Assembly: GCF_009914755.1 (NCBI RefSeq)
Contig: NC_060942.1
Reading direction: 5' to 3' (one strand)
Source: the human T2T-CHM13v2.0 reference genome, Homo sapiens
DNA: 64,000 nucleotides
Shown here: piece after piece, positions 36,284-50,964 of the stretch
Numbering within the stretch: the stretch's first letter is position 1
How the letters are laid out: the number at the start of each line of letters is the position of its first letter
Translations under genes and position numbers: made by a program
Notes under the pieces: model-generated
What the model was told of the DNA's origin: nothing
The model's input: the letters and a program-made list of their open reading frames with translations, nothing else
The model's database searches: none

Positions 36284-39116
36284 CAGGCATACCTCATTTT
36301 ACTGCCTTTCGCTTTGTTGTACATAGCAGATACTTTTTTTTTTTTTTTGGACACAGTTTTACTCTGTCGCCTGGGTGGGGTGCAGTGGCACGTGATCTCA
36401 GCTCACTGCAACCTCTGCCTTCCAGGTTCAAGGGATCCTCGTGCCTCAGCCTCCCGAGTAGCTGGGATTATAGGCGTGCACCACCACACCTGGCTAATTT
36501 TTGTAGTATTAGTAGAGATGGGGTTTCATCATGTCGGCTAGGCTGGTCTCGAACTCCCGACCTCAAGTGATCTGCCCGCCTCAGCCTCCCAAAGTGCTGG
36601 GATTACAGATGTGAGCCACCCCATGCCTGGCCAGATATCGTGTTTTTACAAATTGAAGGTTTGCAGCAACCCTGAGTTCGGCAAATCTATTGGTGCCATT
36701 TTTCCTAGAGTATGTGCTCACTTTGTATCTTTCTGTCACATTTTGGTAATTCTCACAATATTCCATTTTTTTTTTATTAAATCTGTTATGGAGATCTGTG
36801 AGGAGTGATCTTTGATGTTACTATTGTCATTGCTTTGGGGTGCTCATGACAGTGTCCATATAAGACAACAAACCTAATTGATAAATGCGTGTGTTCTGAC
36901 TGCTCCGCTCACTAGCCATTCCCCCATCTCTCTCCCTCTCCTGGGGCCTCCCTATTCCGTGAGACACAATGATAATTTAATTAGGCCAATTAATAACCCC
37001 ACAATGGCCTTTATGTGTTCAAGTGGAAGGAAGAGTCATAAGTCTCTCACTTTAAATCAAAAGCGAGAAATGATTAAGTTTGGTGAGGAAGGATGTCAAA
37101 AGCAAAGATGGGCTGAAAGCTAGGCTCCTTGCACCAAACAGCCAAGTTGTGAATGCAAAGGACAAGCTCTTAAAGGAAATTAAAAGTGCTACTCCAGTGA
37201 ACATGAATGATAAGAAGGCACAACAGCCTTAATTCCTGGTATAAAGTTTTAGTGGTCTGGATAGAAGATCAAACCAGCCACAACATTCCCTTAAACCAAA
37301 ACCTAATCCTAAGCAGGGCTCAAACTCTTCAATTCTATGAAGGCTGAAAAAGGTGAAGAAGCTGCAGGAGGAAAGTTTGAAGCTAACAGAGATAGGTTCA
37401 TTAGGTTTAAGAAAAAAAGTTGTCATCGCTCGATAAAAGTGCAAGGTGAAGCAGCAAGTGCTGAATGTAGAAGCTGCAGTAAATTATCAAGAAGATGTAG
37501 CTAACTGATGAAGGTAGCTACATTAAACAACATATTTTCAATGTAGATGAAACAATTTAATATTGGAAGAAGATACCATCTGGGACTTTCATAGCTAGAG
37601 AGAAATCAGTGCTTGGCTTCAAAGCTTCAAAGGACAGGGTGACTCTCTTGTTAGGGGCTAATGTGGGTGATGAAGTTGAAGTCAATGCTAATTTACCATT
37701 CTGAAAATCTTAGGGCCCTTAAGAATTATGTTAACTCTACTCTGTCTGTGCTCTATAAATGGAACAACAAAGACTGGATGGCGGCACATCTGTTTACAGC
37801 AAAAAAGATTCCTTTCAAAATATTACCACTCATTGACAATGCATTTGGTCACCCAAAAGCTCGATGGTAATATACAAGATTAATGTTGTTTTCATGCCTG
37901 CTAACACAACATCTATTGTACAGCCCCATGGACCAAGGAATAATTTTTACTTGCAAGTCATATTTAAGAACTACATTTTGTAAGGCTATAACTGTCATAG
38001 ACAGTGATTCCTCTGATGGGTTTGGGCAAAGCACATTGAAAACCTTCTGGAAAGGATTCATCATTCTAGATGCCATTAAGAACACTGGTGATTCATGAAA
38101 GGAGGTCAAAATGCAACATCAACAGGAGTTTGAAAGAAGTTGATTCCAACCCTCATGGATGACTTTGAGGGGATCAAGACTTCAGTGGAGGAAATAACTG
38201 CTGATGTGGTGGAAACAGTCAACAGAATAAGAAGTGGAGCCTGAAGATGTGCCTGAATTACTGCAATCTCATGAGAAAACTTGAACTAATGAGGAGTTGT
38301 TTCTTATGGATGAGCAAGGAAAGTAGTTTACTGACATGGAATCAACTCCTGGTGATGATGCTGTGCACATTATTGACATGACAACAAAAGATTTCAAAAA
38401 TTATATAAATCTAGTTGATAAAGCAGCAGGAGGGTTTGAGAAGATTGACTCCAATTTTGAAAGAAGTTCTACTGTGGGTAATGTGCTATCAAACAGCACT
38501 GTATGCTACAATGTATTCTGATTTTTCAGAAAGGGCCAAAGCCACCCTAACCTTTAGCAGCCACCACCTTGATCAGTCAGCAGCCATTAATGTCGGATCA
38601 AGACACTTCACCAGCAAAAAGATTACAACTCACTGATGGCTCAGAGGATCACTAGCATTTTGTAGCAATAAAGTATTTTTATTCTTATTTTTTTTTGAGA
38701 CATAGTCTCACTCAGTTGCCCAGGATGGAGTGCAAAATGGTGTAATCACACCACATGGCAGCCTTGACCTCCCAGGCTCAAGCAATCCTCCTACCTCAGC
38801 CTCCTGAGTAGCTGGGTCTACAGGCATGAGCCACCATGCCAGGTTAATTTTTTTAAAAACTATTTTTTGCAGAGATAGGATCTCACTACATTGCCCACTC
38901 TAGTCTCAAACTCCTAGGAAGAAAGTATTTTTTAATTAAAGTATGTATTTTTTTGATGTAATGCTATTGCACATTTAATAGACTATAATATACATAAAGA
39001 TAATTAATTTTGTATGCATTAGGAAACAAAAAAATTTGTATGACTTGCTTTATTGCAATATTTGTTTCATTGCAGTGGTTTGGAATCCAACCCGCAATAT
39101 CTCTGAGGTATGCCTA
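36284..39116 (+). mobile_element. Tigger1 (TcMar-Tigger) DNA transposon, near full length, decayed transposase, interrupted by two Alus
   Basis: TA|CAGGCATACCTC left end and GAGGTATGCCT(A)|TA right end. Transposase-like peptides in the ORF track (e.g. [34 protein letters not shown]). Confidence 0.93.
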
Positions 39117-39688
39117 TAAATCACTTAACAAAGTTTCTCTATATGTATTGGATTATATTGTGTAAAATATACTCATATAATACTTTGAAAAATTCATAAG
39201 CCATGCTTATTTCCAATTCATTGTTTTACCCCATAATTGTAATGTCTGGTCAAATATTAGCAGCTAAAGATAAACTGGCTCTAATCTGGGCATCTATAAT
39301 TCATCCTCCCATCCTAGGATTTCATTAAATTTGGGGTAAGATTTAACCATTCAGAAGAATTTGGCCGATGAGGTTTAAACCAAAATCCCATGTAAGTGAG
39401 AATCATTTAAACATTTAGAAAATCACAAATTGGCAAAATACTACTTTTAAACAGCATAGCTATTTATACTGATGGGGGGAAAAATGTTTTCTTTTCTCTA
39501 GGAAAACTTTAGAAATATTCTGGGAAATGAAAGATCAAAGAAGTCAATTTACTTCTTCAGTATAACAGATTGGAAGGCAAAGATGAATAATTTAACATTT
39601 AAGTTTTTCACAGTAAAATGCCGGGATTATAAGGCATGAGACACCGTGCCTGGTGAATTGTGCAGAATTACACATTAAAGTAATAACA

Positions 39689-40336
<648 letters not shown>

Positions 40337-41582
40337 TTAAAAATAAGGATAAAAATTGTTTATCGTGATGCTAGTTAGGTAGAAATGGGAGTTAAAATAT
40401 ATAATACATTAATATAGAAAAAACAAACCTGCTTGTGTTATACATTTTTTAAAATATCAATATTTAATTCAACACTGTTGTCATTTCATCTGTTTAAGAA
40501 AATTATACCCCTGAAATTCTTTTCTCTTGCTGCTTTTAGAAAAAAAAAGTTTCACATCAAGCATTTATGGGGGATTGGAGTGGGAAGGAAACAATAAATG
40601 AACCTCATTAGTAATTAAAATCAGATCCCATGTGTATAGAACTTCGTGACTATACACACGGGAACCTGCTTCCTCGCTCACACCAGCTTCATCTGGATTA
40701 AAAAGCCCCCCAGTAGCCACAGATTTACCAAGATTTCTGTTTTAAAGCAAAAACTATCTTTAAAACAAAGGAGTTCTATTTCTTGAAACCTGAAGAACTA
40801 AAGACTAGCTTTTAGTATGTTATAACTCCATCTACTCATTCCTAGCATCGTAAAGATCTTCCCTAGGATGCAGTTCATTTTCTTTGCCATGATGCCTTGC
40901 TCATTAGGGGTGTTACAGAGCTCCCTGAGCAATGAGGCTTAGAGATCATCATATGCTCAGAAACTCACTACCTGGAACACAAAGGTTTCCAGTAATACAT
41001 GCTAAACAAGGGATGAAAGCAGTACAGCAGTCTAGGGTCAGAATACTGAAGATACACACACACACACACACACACACAGAGATGTATCTGATGCCTGCAG
41101 AAAGCCATTCAGAGCATGGGTAGTCACAAAACTATAGACTCTTCTGGTGCATCTTCCCATCAGATGCTTGTATAGTATCCCTGCATAGTACCCTCTGAGA
41201 CAGTGGTCCCAGTGTTTGAGAAGCCACTTCTCCCTCTGCCCTTCTACCTTGCTTGCTCTCATCTCCTGGCCTTCATGTGTGCTGTTTACTATGCCTGGAA
41301 CACATTTTCCATCCACTATTTTGCCTCAGCATTTGGGTCTCAGCTTCGAAGTTACTTCTGGGAAGCTGTGCATGGTCCCTTTGGTGGCTTCCACAGCACC
41401 CTGCACCCACTGGCCACGGCCCTTCTAACACGGTGCTGGATGACATGCTCCTACACTGTCCTCCTTACTCTCTTGAGTTCTGTGAAGGCAGAGATCATGT
41501 TCATCTCATTCACCATCGTACCGACAGTGAGAAAGGCAGTAAGAGTAGCACTTAAAACATGGCTTCTGTGAGGACTCAATGA

Positions 41583-41993
<411 letters not shown>

Positions 41994-42770
41994 ACGGAAG
42001 ACATTTTAAATAACTTGCATGAATAAAATGATTCTCCCAACTGATCCTAGTTCCTCTGACAGCCAGCATCTCTCCATTCACTAGGCTTTGTGATGTCTCC
42101 ATATGGATATTATGTTCTGTCAAGTCTTCTTCAAAATCCCAAGCTCCTCCACTGTTTCTTCTGTATTAAGGTTTGTAGACACCTCACTCACATCCTGACC
42201 TACCTCAAGATCAACTTTTATTGTCTATCATTTGTACAAAGTTAAAAATTAGGTCTAATTTTAAGTCCTTTTATCATCACAGGCAGCTACTTTATTAAGG
42301 TTTGTTGAACCGTGCTTCAGTTTTTCTATCTACACGAGTGAGGCAGTGAAGGGTAATACTACCAAACTCACAAGAACATCACAAGGATTAAAGTACTAAC
42401 ATAAACAAAGGATGAGATACCCAGGGTTTATATATAAGGATAGGCCTTTCGGTGAACATGATGTAGGTTGTCTGGGCTTAGAGCTGCTGCAGAAGGCTTT
42501 GGATCTTTCTTCCCCCAAGTACATAAATTATATTAGAAATATTTTAAAAATTAATGAAAATAAAGCAGCATTCAATTTCAACCCCCAGCCCTCAGGTTCC
42601 CACTTCTGGAGAGCAGAATGAATATGAAGAGGCAGCTGTGTGTCCAGGAGCCCCAGGTGTGCATTAGCTGTGCACCATTCCTGTGCTGCTCCTGGCTCCT
42701 GATAACTCCATAATCGGCATCTTAAGGTTGATTCTATTCTCCTCTGTTTCTTCTTGAATAAAAATATGTT

Positions 42771-43057
<287 letters not shown>

Positions 43058-43199
43058 GTTAAAGGCTTAGAAGACTCCAACTCTAATATTTATTAGGTTA
43101 AAAAAACTTAATCTCATTGATGGAGGCCCCAGTGTTACCCTAAGCTGAGGAGGCAGCAAAGGAGACATACCTAAAAAGACTACAAGAGATACTGTCTTG

Positions 43200-44060
43200 G
43201 GTCCCTAAATCTATGACAGGACTGACAGTACAAACATGGTCCTTGCCCTTAAGAAGTTCACAGTCTAGTGGGAGATAAACGTATACAGTAATTACAACAC
43301 AGTGTCACTGTTGTAAGTGACAGAAAGATGCCAGAGTGGAGTGCTCATTGAATGAACATAGAGAAGAAAGAATGACTTCGATTGGAAAAAGCATTTCAGA
43401 ATAGTAGATAGACATTTGAGTTAGGTCTTAAGGAGAAGCAGGCATTTTCTAGGTAGCGAAGAGGGGAAAGGGACATTTCAGGTAGGTGCAGAGGCCCTGG
43501 ACATTCAGGAATGAAGGAAGTGTAGGCAACACCAGCACACATAGGGCAGGGATGAATGGTGAATGAAGAGCCTGGAGAGGTCAGAACTGGGTCAGATTGT
43601 GAACAGCTGCCCTGTCATGCTAAGGGGTTTACACTTTCCACCTACAAGTATCAAGAAGTCATGAAAAGGGAAGTAACATTAGAGGGTTTGTCATGGTCCA
43701 GGCAAGAGATGTCAAACCAATGCGTGAGGCAAGGTAAGGTAGACACAGTGAGAACACGAGGGAGGCTCTGCATTTTGGAGATAACTGAAGAGCATCAGGG
43801 GACCAAGATGCAAGACAGATGGTGAGAAACCAGACCTACAATAGCTAAACCACAGATTCTTTAATTCATTTAACAATGATCAAATATCTATGGAGTCCCC
43901 ATTACACTGGGATATAACAGTGAATTAGAGAGAAAAGGTCTCTGCCCTCAATGAGATTATATTCTTGTGGCAGACATCAATGAATAAGAAAAGAGACCAA
44001 CAAAACAACTACAGACCATGATGGCTGCTAAAAGGGAGATAATAGGGCAATGCGATTAAA
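43200..44060 (-). repeat. L2 fragments
   Basis: catggtccttgcccttaagaagttcacagtctagtgggaga and ttcatttaacaa...tctctgccctcaatgag. Confidence 0.65.
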
Positions 44061-44072
44061 ATGAAAACAGCA

Positions 44073-44424
<352 letters not shown>

Positions 44425-47400
44425 TCAGCTGAGGTATGAAGGGTGTGAGTGAAAAAATCATACTTGAAAGGGTCAAGGAAGACAACACTTATAAGAAGCG
44501 TTTAATATGTCAAGAAACTAAGCACCGCAGGTACAGCCACACTTGAGAAGAGTGCAAAGATCATTATAATCAGATAATCAGAAATGACAACCCACACTTG
44601 TAGAGCCTACTGCTGAAGAAATCCAAGATGAGTTAACTGTATTAGACATCTTATCTCTCAAAGATCAAAATGTTTGAAATATTCTACCTTAATTTGGGTG
44701 ATGTTTATGTGTATGAATGACACAAGAAAGTGCAAGAGGAAGAGAAAATTTTCATCACTTTGAGTACATAATCTAGAGAACAGAGATTAGGACATTAAAA
44801 ACCTATTTTACATGCCTTATAAAGTTCTTGCTGCAATATCATGAACACATGCTATACAATGCACAATTATTTTCACTGTTCATTCACTGATGACTAATGT
44901 TACTGTATTACGAATTTATTCTGTACAAGGATTTTCTACCAGTAGATTGTGAAAATAATTTTATTTTTAGCCTATACTGACATCAATATAGTAGTAATGT
45001 CAGTATTGAATGTTACAGCTAGCTTACCAATTTTAAAAAGTTAAATCTGTGTTTTTAAAAGGCCTACAGCATCCTCAATTTTGATTAATTTATCTACAGC
45101 ATTGAACTGCTTTTCTGTAAAATCTATCTCAAATTTAAGATATAAAATAAAATAGTATACAATAATTTCATAGAAAATTCTACCAGGAATGCACTTACTT
45201 ATCTATATACACTTTGCCTACAACGTAAGACTAATAACAAAAATGAGGAAAAGCTTGTTGAATAAATAGAACAAAAAATTTAGTCACGCAAATTTTATTT
45301 TCTGCATAAAATTTTAAGACTAGACGGAAGCTTAACATGTCTTGCCTCCTCCCCGATTTTTATGTTTTTAGAGACAGGGTCTCACTCTATTACCAAGGCT
45401 GGATGGAGCACAGTGGTGAGATCATAGTTCACTGCAGCCTTAAACTCCCGGGCTCAAAAGATCTTCCTGTCTCCGCCTCCCAAGCAGCTAGGATTCCAGG
45501 ATTCTATGATCTTGCTATGCTTCTCAGGCTGGTCTCAAAACACCTGGTCTCGGCCTCTCAAAGTGCTGGGATTACAGAAGTGAGCCACTGAGCGCCAGGC
45601 CTTCCTCCCCATTTTTAAAGATGAGTAAACAGAAGTCTTGCAAATGCTATTTGATTTTAAGAAGTTACATGAATAATGAATGGTATGATTCACCAATAAA
45701 GGGGCTTTTACAAAGGTCAGTGGTAATATAAATATTTCAAATTATGAAATAAATAAAAAATGAGTTATTTGCTTTAAAGAAAGCTTTCAAAAAATTCTTT
45801 TAAAACAGTGTACTCTTATGATACATCAAGTTTCTACTATAATATCATTATACCCCTACTATGAAACAGTGTATTACTGGAGAATTTGGTGAGCATACTG
45901 CACACTCTCAACGTGGAGGCAATGATGGCTAGAGCATGCTAGGAACGTATCAGAAAAAAATCAACTGACTTTCTAGTCTTAAAATTATTTTATCTCAGTC
46001 TTTGACACTTCTATGATACTCTATCTTTTCTCATTTCACATCTCCCTCTTTATTTATTTGTTTATTTTATAGATAGGGTCTTGCCTTGTTGGCCAGGCTG
46101 GTCTTGAACTCCTGGCTTCAAGTGATCCTCCTGCCTTGGGCTCCCAGAGTGCTGTGATTACAGGCATGAGCCACTGTGCCTGGCCTCCCTCTTATTTCAT
46201 ACCTCAACTTTACATGGTACCCCCCCATCCCATTTATGTGCATATGCAGGACCATCATCCCCTAACACCAGCATGTGCATGCCCACACATTCTCTCATAA
46301 ACTCTCTTCTCTCCAAAGCCAAATCTTAGTCTTTCTGACTCACATATTCTCTCTCCAGAACTGCTCAGAAACCTACATCAAAGTATCTACCTCCATTTTC
46401 TTCAGAACTCTCTCTTTAGTTTCATCTAATAATGCATTTTATGTGACACTCTTAGAGGAAAATAGCAATAACTTCTATGTAGTGGAACACCTTTGCCGGA
46501 CTGAAGGGTATGATGAGGATGAAAATGCTGTTATCAGCAGCACTGAGAACTTACTTCTATGTGAATCTCTAATCTCTCTAAGCCTCAGTTTACTAATTTG
46601 CAAAGAGTCACAGGATTGTTACAAGGATCAAATGGAGTAAGGAAGAGAAGGCATTTTATAAAGGAGCTGTATGAATATGACAGTAAAGTAGCAGGGGTTA
46701 AAGTTTTAGGTAATGATAAATAATTTTATTTAACAATAACAAAACTGGGGACTGATGATCAAAAAATTACCTGGACCACAATAGATTAAAGGATACTACC
46801 ATTAATATAATTTCATTTTCTCCAATAAAAAATTTTACAATTGAAACTGCCCCCTCTGCACAGCACAGGCTCACCAGCTACCCCTGCAGTATGGCTCTGG
46901 AATATGGTGGTGTCACTGGCAGCAGGGCAGGGTGGCTCTTCTTTCATACAACCTGATGCACTCGATGGATTGCTTAGACAGTGCCTCCAGCTATACTTAA
47001 CTTACAAGGATATCAAATTTCTTAGGAGACACAGTAATGTGTACTTATTTTCAAGGATATCACATTGCTTAAGAGACAAAGTAATAGCAGGCCTACCCAA
47101 ATCTTTATCATTAAAAGAATGACCTTAAAGGAGTTCATTGGTTGTTTAAGAAGAAAATCATCACATCATGAAAGGGATTAGAATATAAACAAATTTGCTT
47201 TCTAAATAAATAGATGATGAACCAGATACTGTGCTTTATAAAGTAGCCAGGTTCAGTAAATGCACTTAACACTTTACAGAACAAGTATAACATTGGAAAA
47301 CAGATGGTAGATTTTATATTTTAATAAATTGCCAATTTGCCATATAAGAAATTTAGTATAATTAAAGTACTTTTGGACTATCAAATCAGACACATTATCA

Positions 47401-48399
47401 GTAACTGAGCTCAAGTGTTCTGACACTATGCTTCCACCCCAATTTATATGCATTCATGCACACACATATACACAGATATAAGGTAGTTTGAAAAATTGTT
47501 GATACTCAATTTTTAATTTCGTTGAATCAGTCTATTGTTTCAAAAATTCCACTTGGTACACACTAACTCATAGGTATAAAGAATGATTCTTAAAATATAT
47601 TAAGTATTTTGGGATCTTCCGAAAAAAGTCAAATTAACAAATAGTATTTATTAGTGTGAAAACAGTATTTTTGAGAAAAGGCTGAAACCATTTACATACA
47701 TAAACTAACATGTATAAAAATGTTCTATCATTTCAAGAAAACCTTATACATTGCAGAGGTGAAAGAAACTTACATTCCTGAAACCTGAGTGTTGATAGGC
47801 AATTTATGTGCTTTCTTTGTCTAGGAAGTCACTCAAGATGAGAGAAGTGATGACAGGAGCTTCAAAGGAAGAAGGGTGTTTCAACAAGGATGAAGGCTGA
47901 TTACTGGCAGGCAGCAGAGGAGAGACAGAATATTAGCAAACCCACCTCAATCGAAACAGGGAGATGTAGAGGAGAGATCGGCTTCCCGCAGGAGGAAAGC
48001 AAGAGAAAGCACTACCCTTAGGGGAACAAGTGTTGTCAGAAGAGCCTGAGGGGACTCTTTTCAAAATGGAGTGCAGTTTCCAGAGAAGACTGGGAAAGGG
48101 TGAGATGGAGATCAACGGAGTAGAAACAGAGGAGAAGGAGATATGAAAACAGGATGGAACTAATGCCTATAAAGTCCTAGTCTTGGGGTGGTGACAGAGT
48201 GAGAGATGTGGCTGGAGCTTCAACCAGTTGTGAGGGCCCAACCTCGGTCAGCCTGGCCAGTTTCTGCAGGCACTGCCACACAGCAGTTTTACTCCACCTG
48301 TCAGCTTTTTCTTTAAATAAACTTTAATAATGTTTGAGCCTCTTTTTGAAAGTGTGTTTGCATATCTTGCAAAGCAAAATTTTAATCAAGAGCAAAAAA

Positions 48400-48511
48400 T
48401 TTTTTTTTACATCAGATGAGTAATGTGCTGACATAACAAGGTTTAGAAAAAGGAACATCTCGCACACAAGTGTGAATATCCAATCATCACGCTTAGGAAC
48501 TGCAAAAGGAT
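48400..48511 (-). pseudogene. U13 snoRNA (SNORD13) retrocopy with poly(A) tail
   Basis: Minus strand reads ATCCTTTTGCAGTTCCTAAGCGTGATGATTGGATATTCACACTTGTGTGCGAGATG...AACCTTGTTATGTCAGCACATTACTCATCTGATGT-A9, colinear with U13. Flanking direct repeat atcaagagcaaa at 48385-48396 and 48510-48521. Confidence 0.9.
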
Positions 48512-48915
48512 CAAGAGCAAACATTTTTTAAATGCTCACTGCAGTAGAGTAGTAAAAATACTAATATTGTTCTATTTAAGCTCAGAAATAGTTTCTAAGA
48601 ATGGCAGTGTTGGAAGGACTTTAAGAGCTCATTTAATTTCCTCTATTAACAAATTTGCTTTCTAAATAAATAGATGATGAACCAGGCACTGTGCTTTATA
48701 AAGCAGCCAGGTTCATACATGTACACCCTAAAAATAATGCTCTGGGGAAGGCAATCTCAGTTTTAACAAGCTGGGAAAGGTAACGACAGCCTTAAAAAGT
48801 AATCTTTTCTACTATTCGAGAAAACCTAGTTGAGGATGTGCCTTTGGATGTTCACTTTGAAGCTTTTAATCAGATCCCACTTCCTCTGGTTCTGCTCAAT
48901 GAGAACAGCTAATCC

Positions 48916-48918
<3 letters not shown>

Positions 48919-48958
<40 letters not shown>
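48919..48958. repeat. (CA)n microsatellite, about 20 units
   Basis: Pure ac run. Other (CA)n tracts near 34335-34370, 41054-41078 and 54560-54604, and (CT)n near 62605-62637. Confidence 0.95.
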
Positions 48959-48960
<2 letters not shown>

Positions 48961-49372
48961 CTTATTTATTCTTCACAGAGGGTTCACCTTTTTTCCACTC
49001 TGTTGACAACTTTCCTCCTTGATCCAATTTTATAAAATTAAAAAAAGAAAAAGGCAAAGCTTTTCATTGCCCTATCATAAAAAGACAGACTATAAGCAGT
49101 ACCCTAGCTAGAGCAGAGGAAGGATGCTTAGAGCTCTTATTCATATATACACAATGGATCTATTTAAGGGTGATTTATTAAGGGTGATCTGCCTGAGACA
49201 TCCATCACCTACTTACTACCAGGGTTAAGTACACCTTATTGGGCAAATAGTTTAGTTTTTCCTTTTTTGCTTACATATCCAGTATGTGTTCTTCCCCAAA
49301 CTGTGGGTCATGGTAAGTTTTAGCCTAGTGCTTCTGATAAACCCTGTATGTTAGTTGTAAAAGAAATGATAC

Positions 49373-49915
49373 TGTGACAGTTAATTTTAGGTGTCGACTT
49401 GACTGAATTAAAGAATACCTAGAGAACTGGCAAAGCATTATTTTTAGGTATATATTTAGATGAATGTGTTACCAGAGGATACTAGTGTGTGAGTCTGAGT
49501 GGACTAAGTGGTGCCCTCAGTTTAGGTGGGCACCATCCATTTGGCTGGGGCCCTGGATAGAATAAAACAGAGGAAGGAAAATTGGTCTCTCTCTCTCTCC
49601 TGGTGCTGGGATATACTTTTCTTCTCCTACCCTTGGTCTTTGGACTTGGACTGAGCTGTGCTGCTGGAATAACAGGGTCTCCAGCTTGCAGACACCCTGT
49701 CATGGGACTTCTCAGCCTCCATAATGACATGAGCCAATTCCCCTAATAAGTCCCCTCTCATATATCTTGAACTCCTGGCCTCAAGTGATCCTCCTGTCTG
49801 AGCCTCCCAAGTAGCTGGGATTACAGGCATGAGCCTGCACCTGGCCCCCTTTCATATACCTATATGTCTATATATCCCATTGGCTCTGTCTCTCTGGATA
49901 ACCCTGACTAATATA
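49373..49915 (+). mobile_element. MLT2 LTR with an embedded Alu fragment (49766-49845)
   Basis: tgtgacagttaattttaggtgtcgacttgactg start, ccattggctctgtctctctggataaccctgactaata end. Confidence 0.8.
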
Positions 49916-50429
49916 TACCCATTACCTAACATGTACTGAGCTCTCACCTTCTGCCAGATGCTGTGCTATTTTATATAAGATCTCACTGAATCTTCACAAC
50001 CACCTATGTAACACATGGTGACTCACCTTTTAAATAAATAATAAATAAAACAGTTAAATGATCAGATGTGAGTGTCACCTCTTTTCTGAGCCTTTATCCC
50101 TTCCCGGAAGAGGTCCTAACATGTTTCAGAATGGACAGAAGAGAAGAGCGACAGAAAGGGGGTGGAAAGCAAGTCACATGAGAATGGACTGAACTAGTTC
50201 AGTAGCATTTATTTCCATTTGCAAGGAATCTGTATGAAAATCTGTTTCTTAAATGGTTCACACTGTTGATATTTCAATACAATAGATTTAATTTTACCTA
50301 AGTTGCTTCTTTCCTAAATGACTTTCAGCACTCATCTAAAGGATAGTAATAAATCTTTTAAAACAATACAGCGGACAATATTGAAAATTTAGGTTTCTCT
50401 TCCAACAAATATCAAATGCATGCCAATCA

Positions 50430-50591
<162 letters not shown>

Positions 50592-50663
50592 CTATAGAAG
50601 GGGAAAATAAAATAATGGTGCTTGGTTACTATTTGGGTTTTTTTTGTACTTAAAAACAGACAC

Positions 50664-50964
50664 GAGCAGAGTGCAGTGGTTCACGCCTGTAATCCCAGCA
50701 CTTTGGGAGGCCAACGCAGGCAGATCATGAGGTCGAGAGTTCAAGACCAGCCTGACCAACATGGTGAAACCCTGTCTCTACTAAAAATACAAAAATTAGT
50801 TGGGCGTGGTGGCACACACCTGTAATCCCAGCTACTCAGGAAGCTGAGGCAGGACAATCGCTTGAACCTGGGAGGCGGAGGTTGCAGTGAGTGGAGATCA
50901 TGCCACTGTACTCTAGCATGGGTGACAGAGTGAGACTTCATCTAAAAATAACAATAAAAACCAA
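50664..50964 (+). repeat. AluS, about 72 nt from the exon 4 acceptor
   Basis: TSD aaaaacagacac. Confidence 0.95.

Noticed and set aside
36878-38636. Transposase-like ORFs as a domesticated TIGD-like gene
   Set aside because: Broken into many short frames by stops, frameshifts and deletions. Ordinary Tigger1 decay.
41203-41571. Overlapping 70-122 aa ORFs
   Set aside because: They lie over L2/MIR-like relic sequence, with no recognisable domain or supported splice structure.
46275-46640. 121-aa plus-strand ORF
   Set aside because: Non-ATG start, runs across L2/MIR-like fragments, no recognisable protein.
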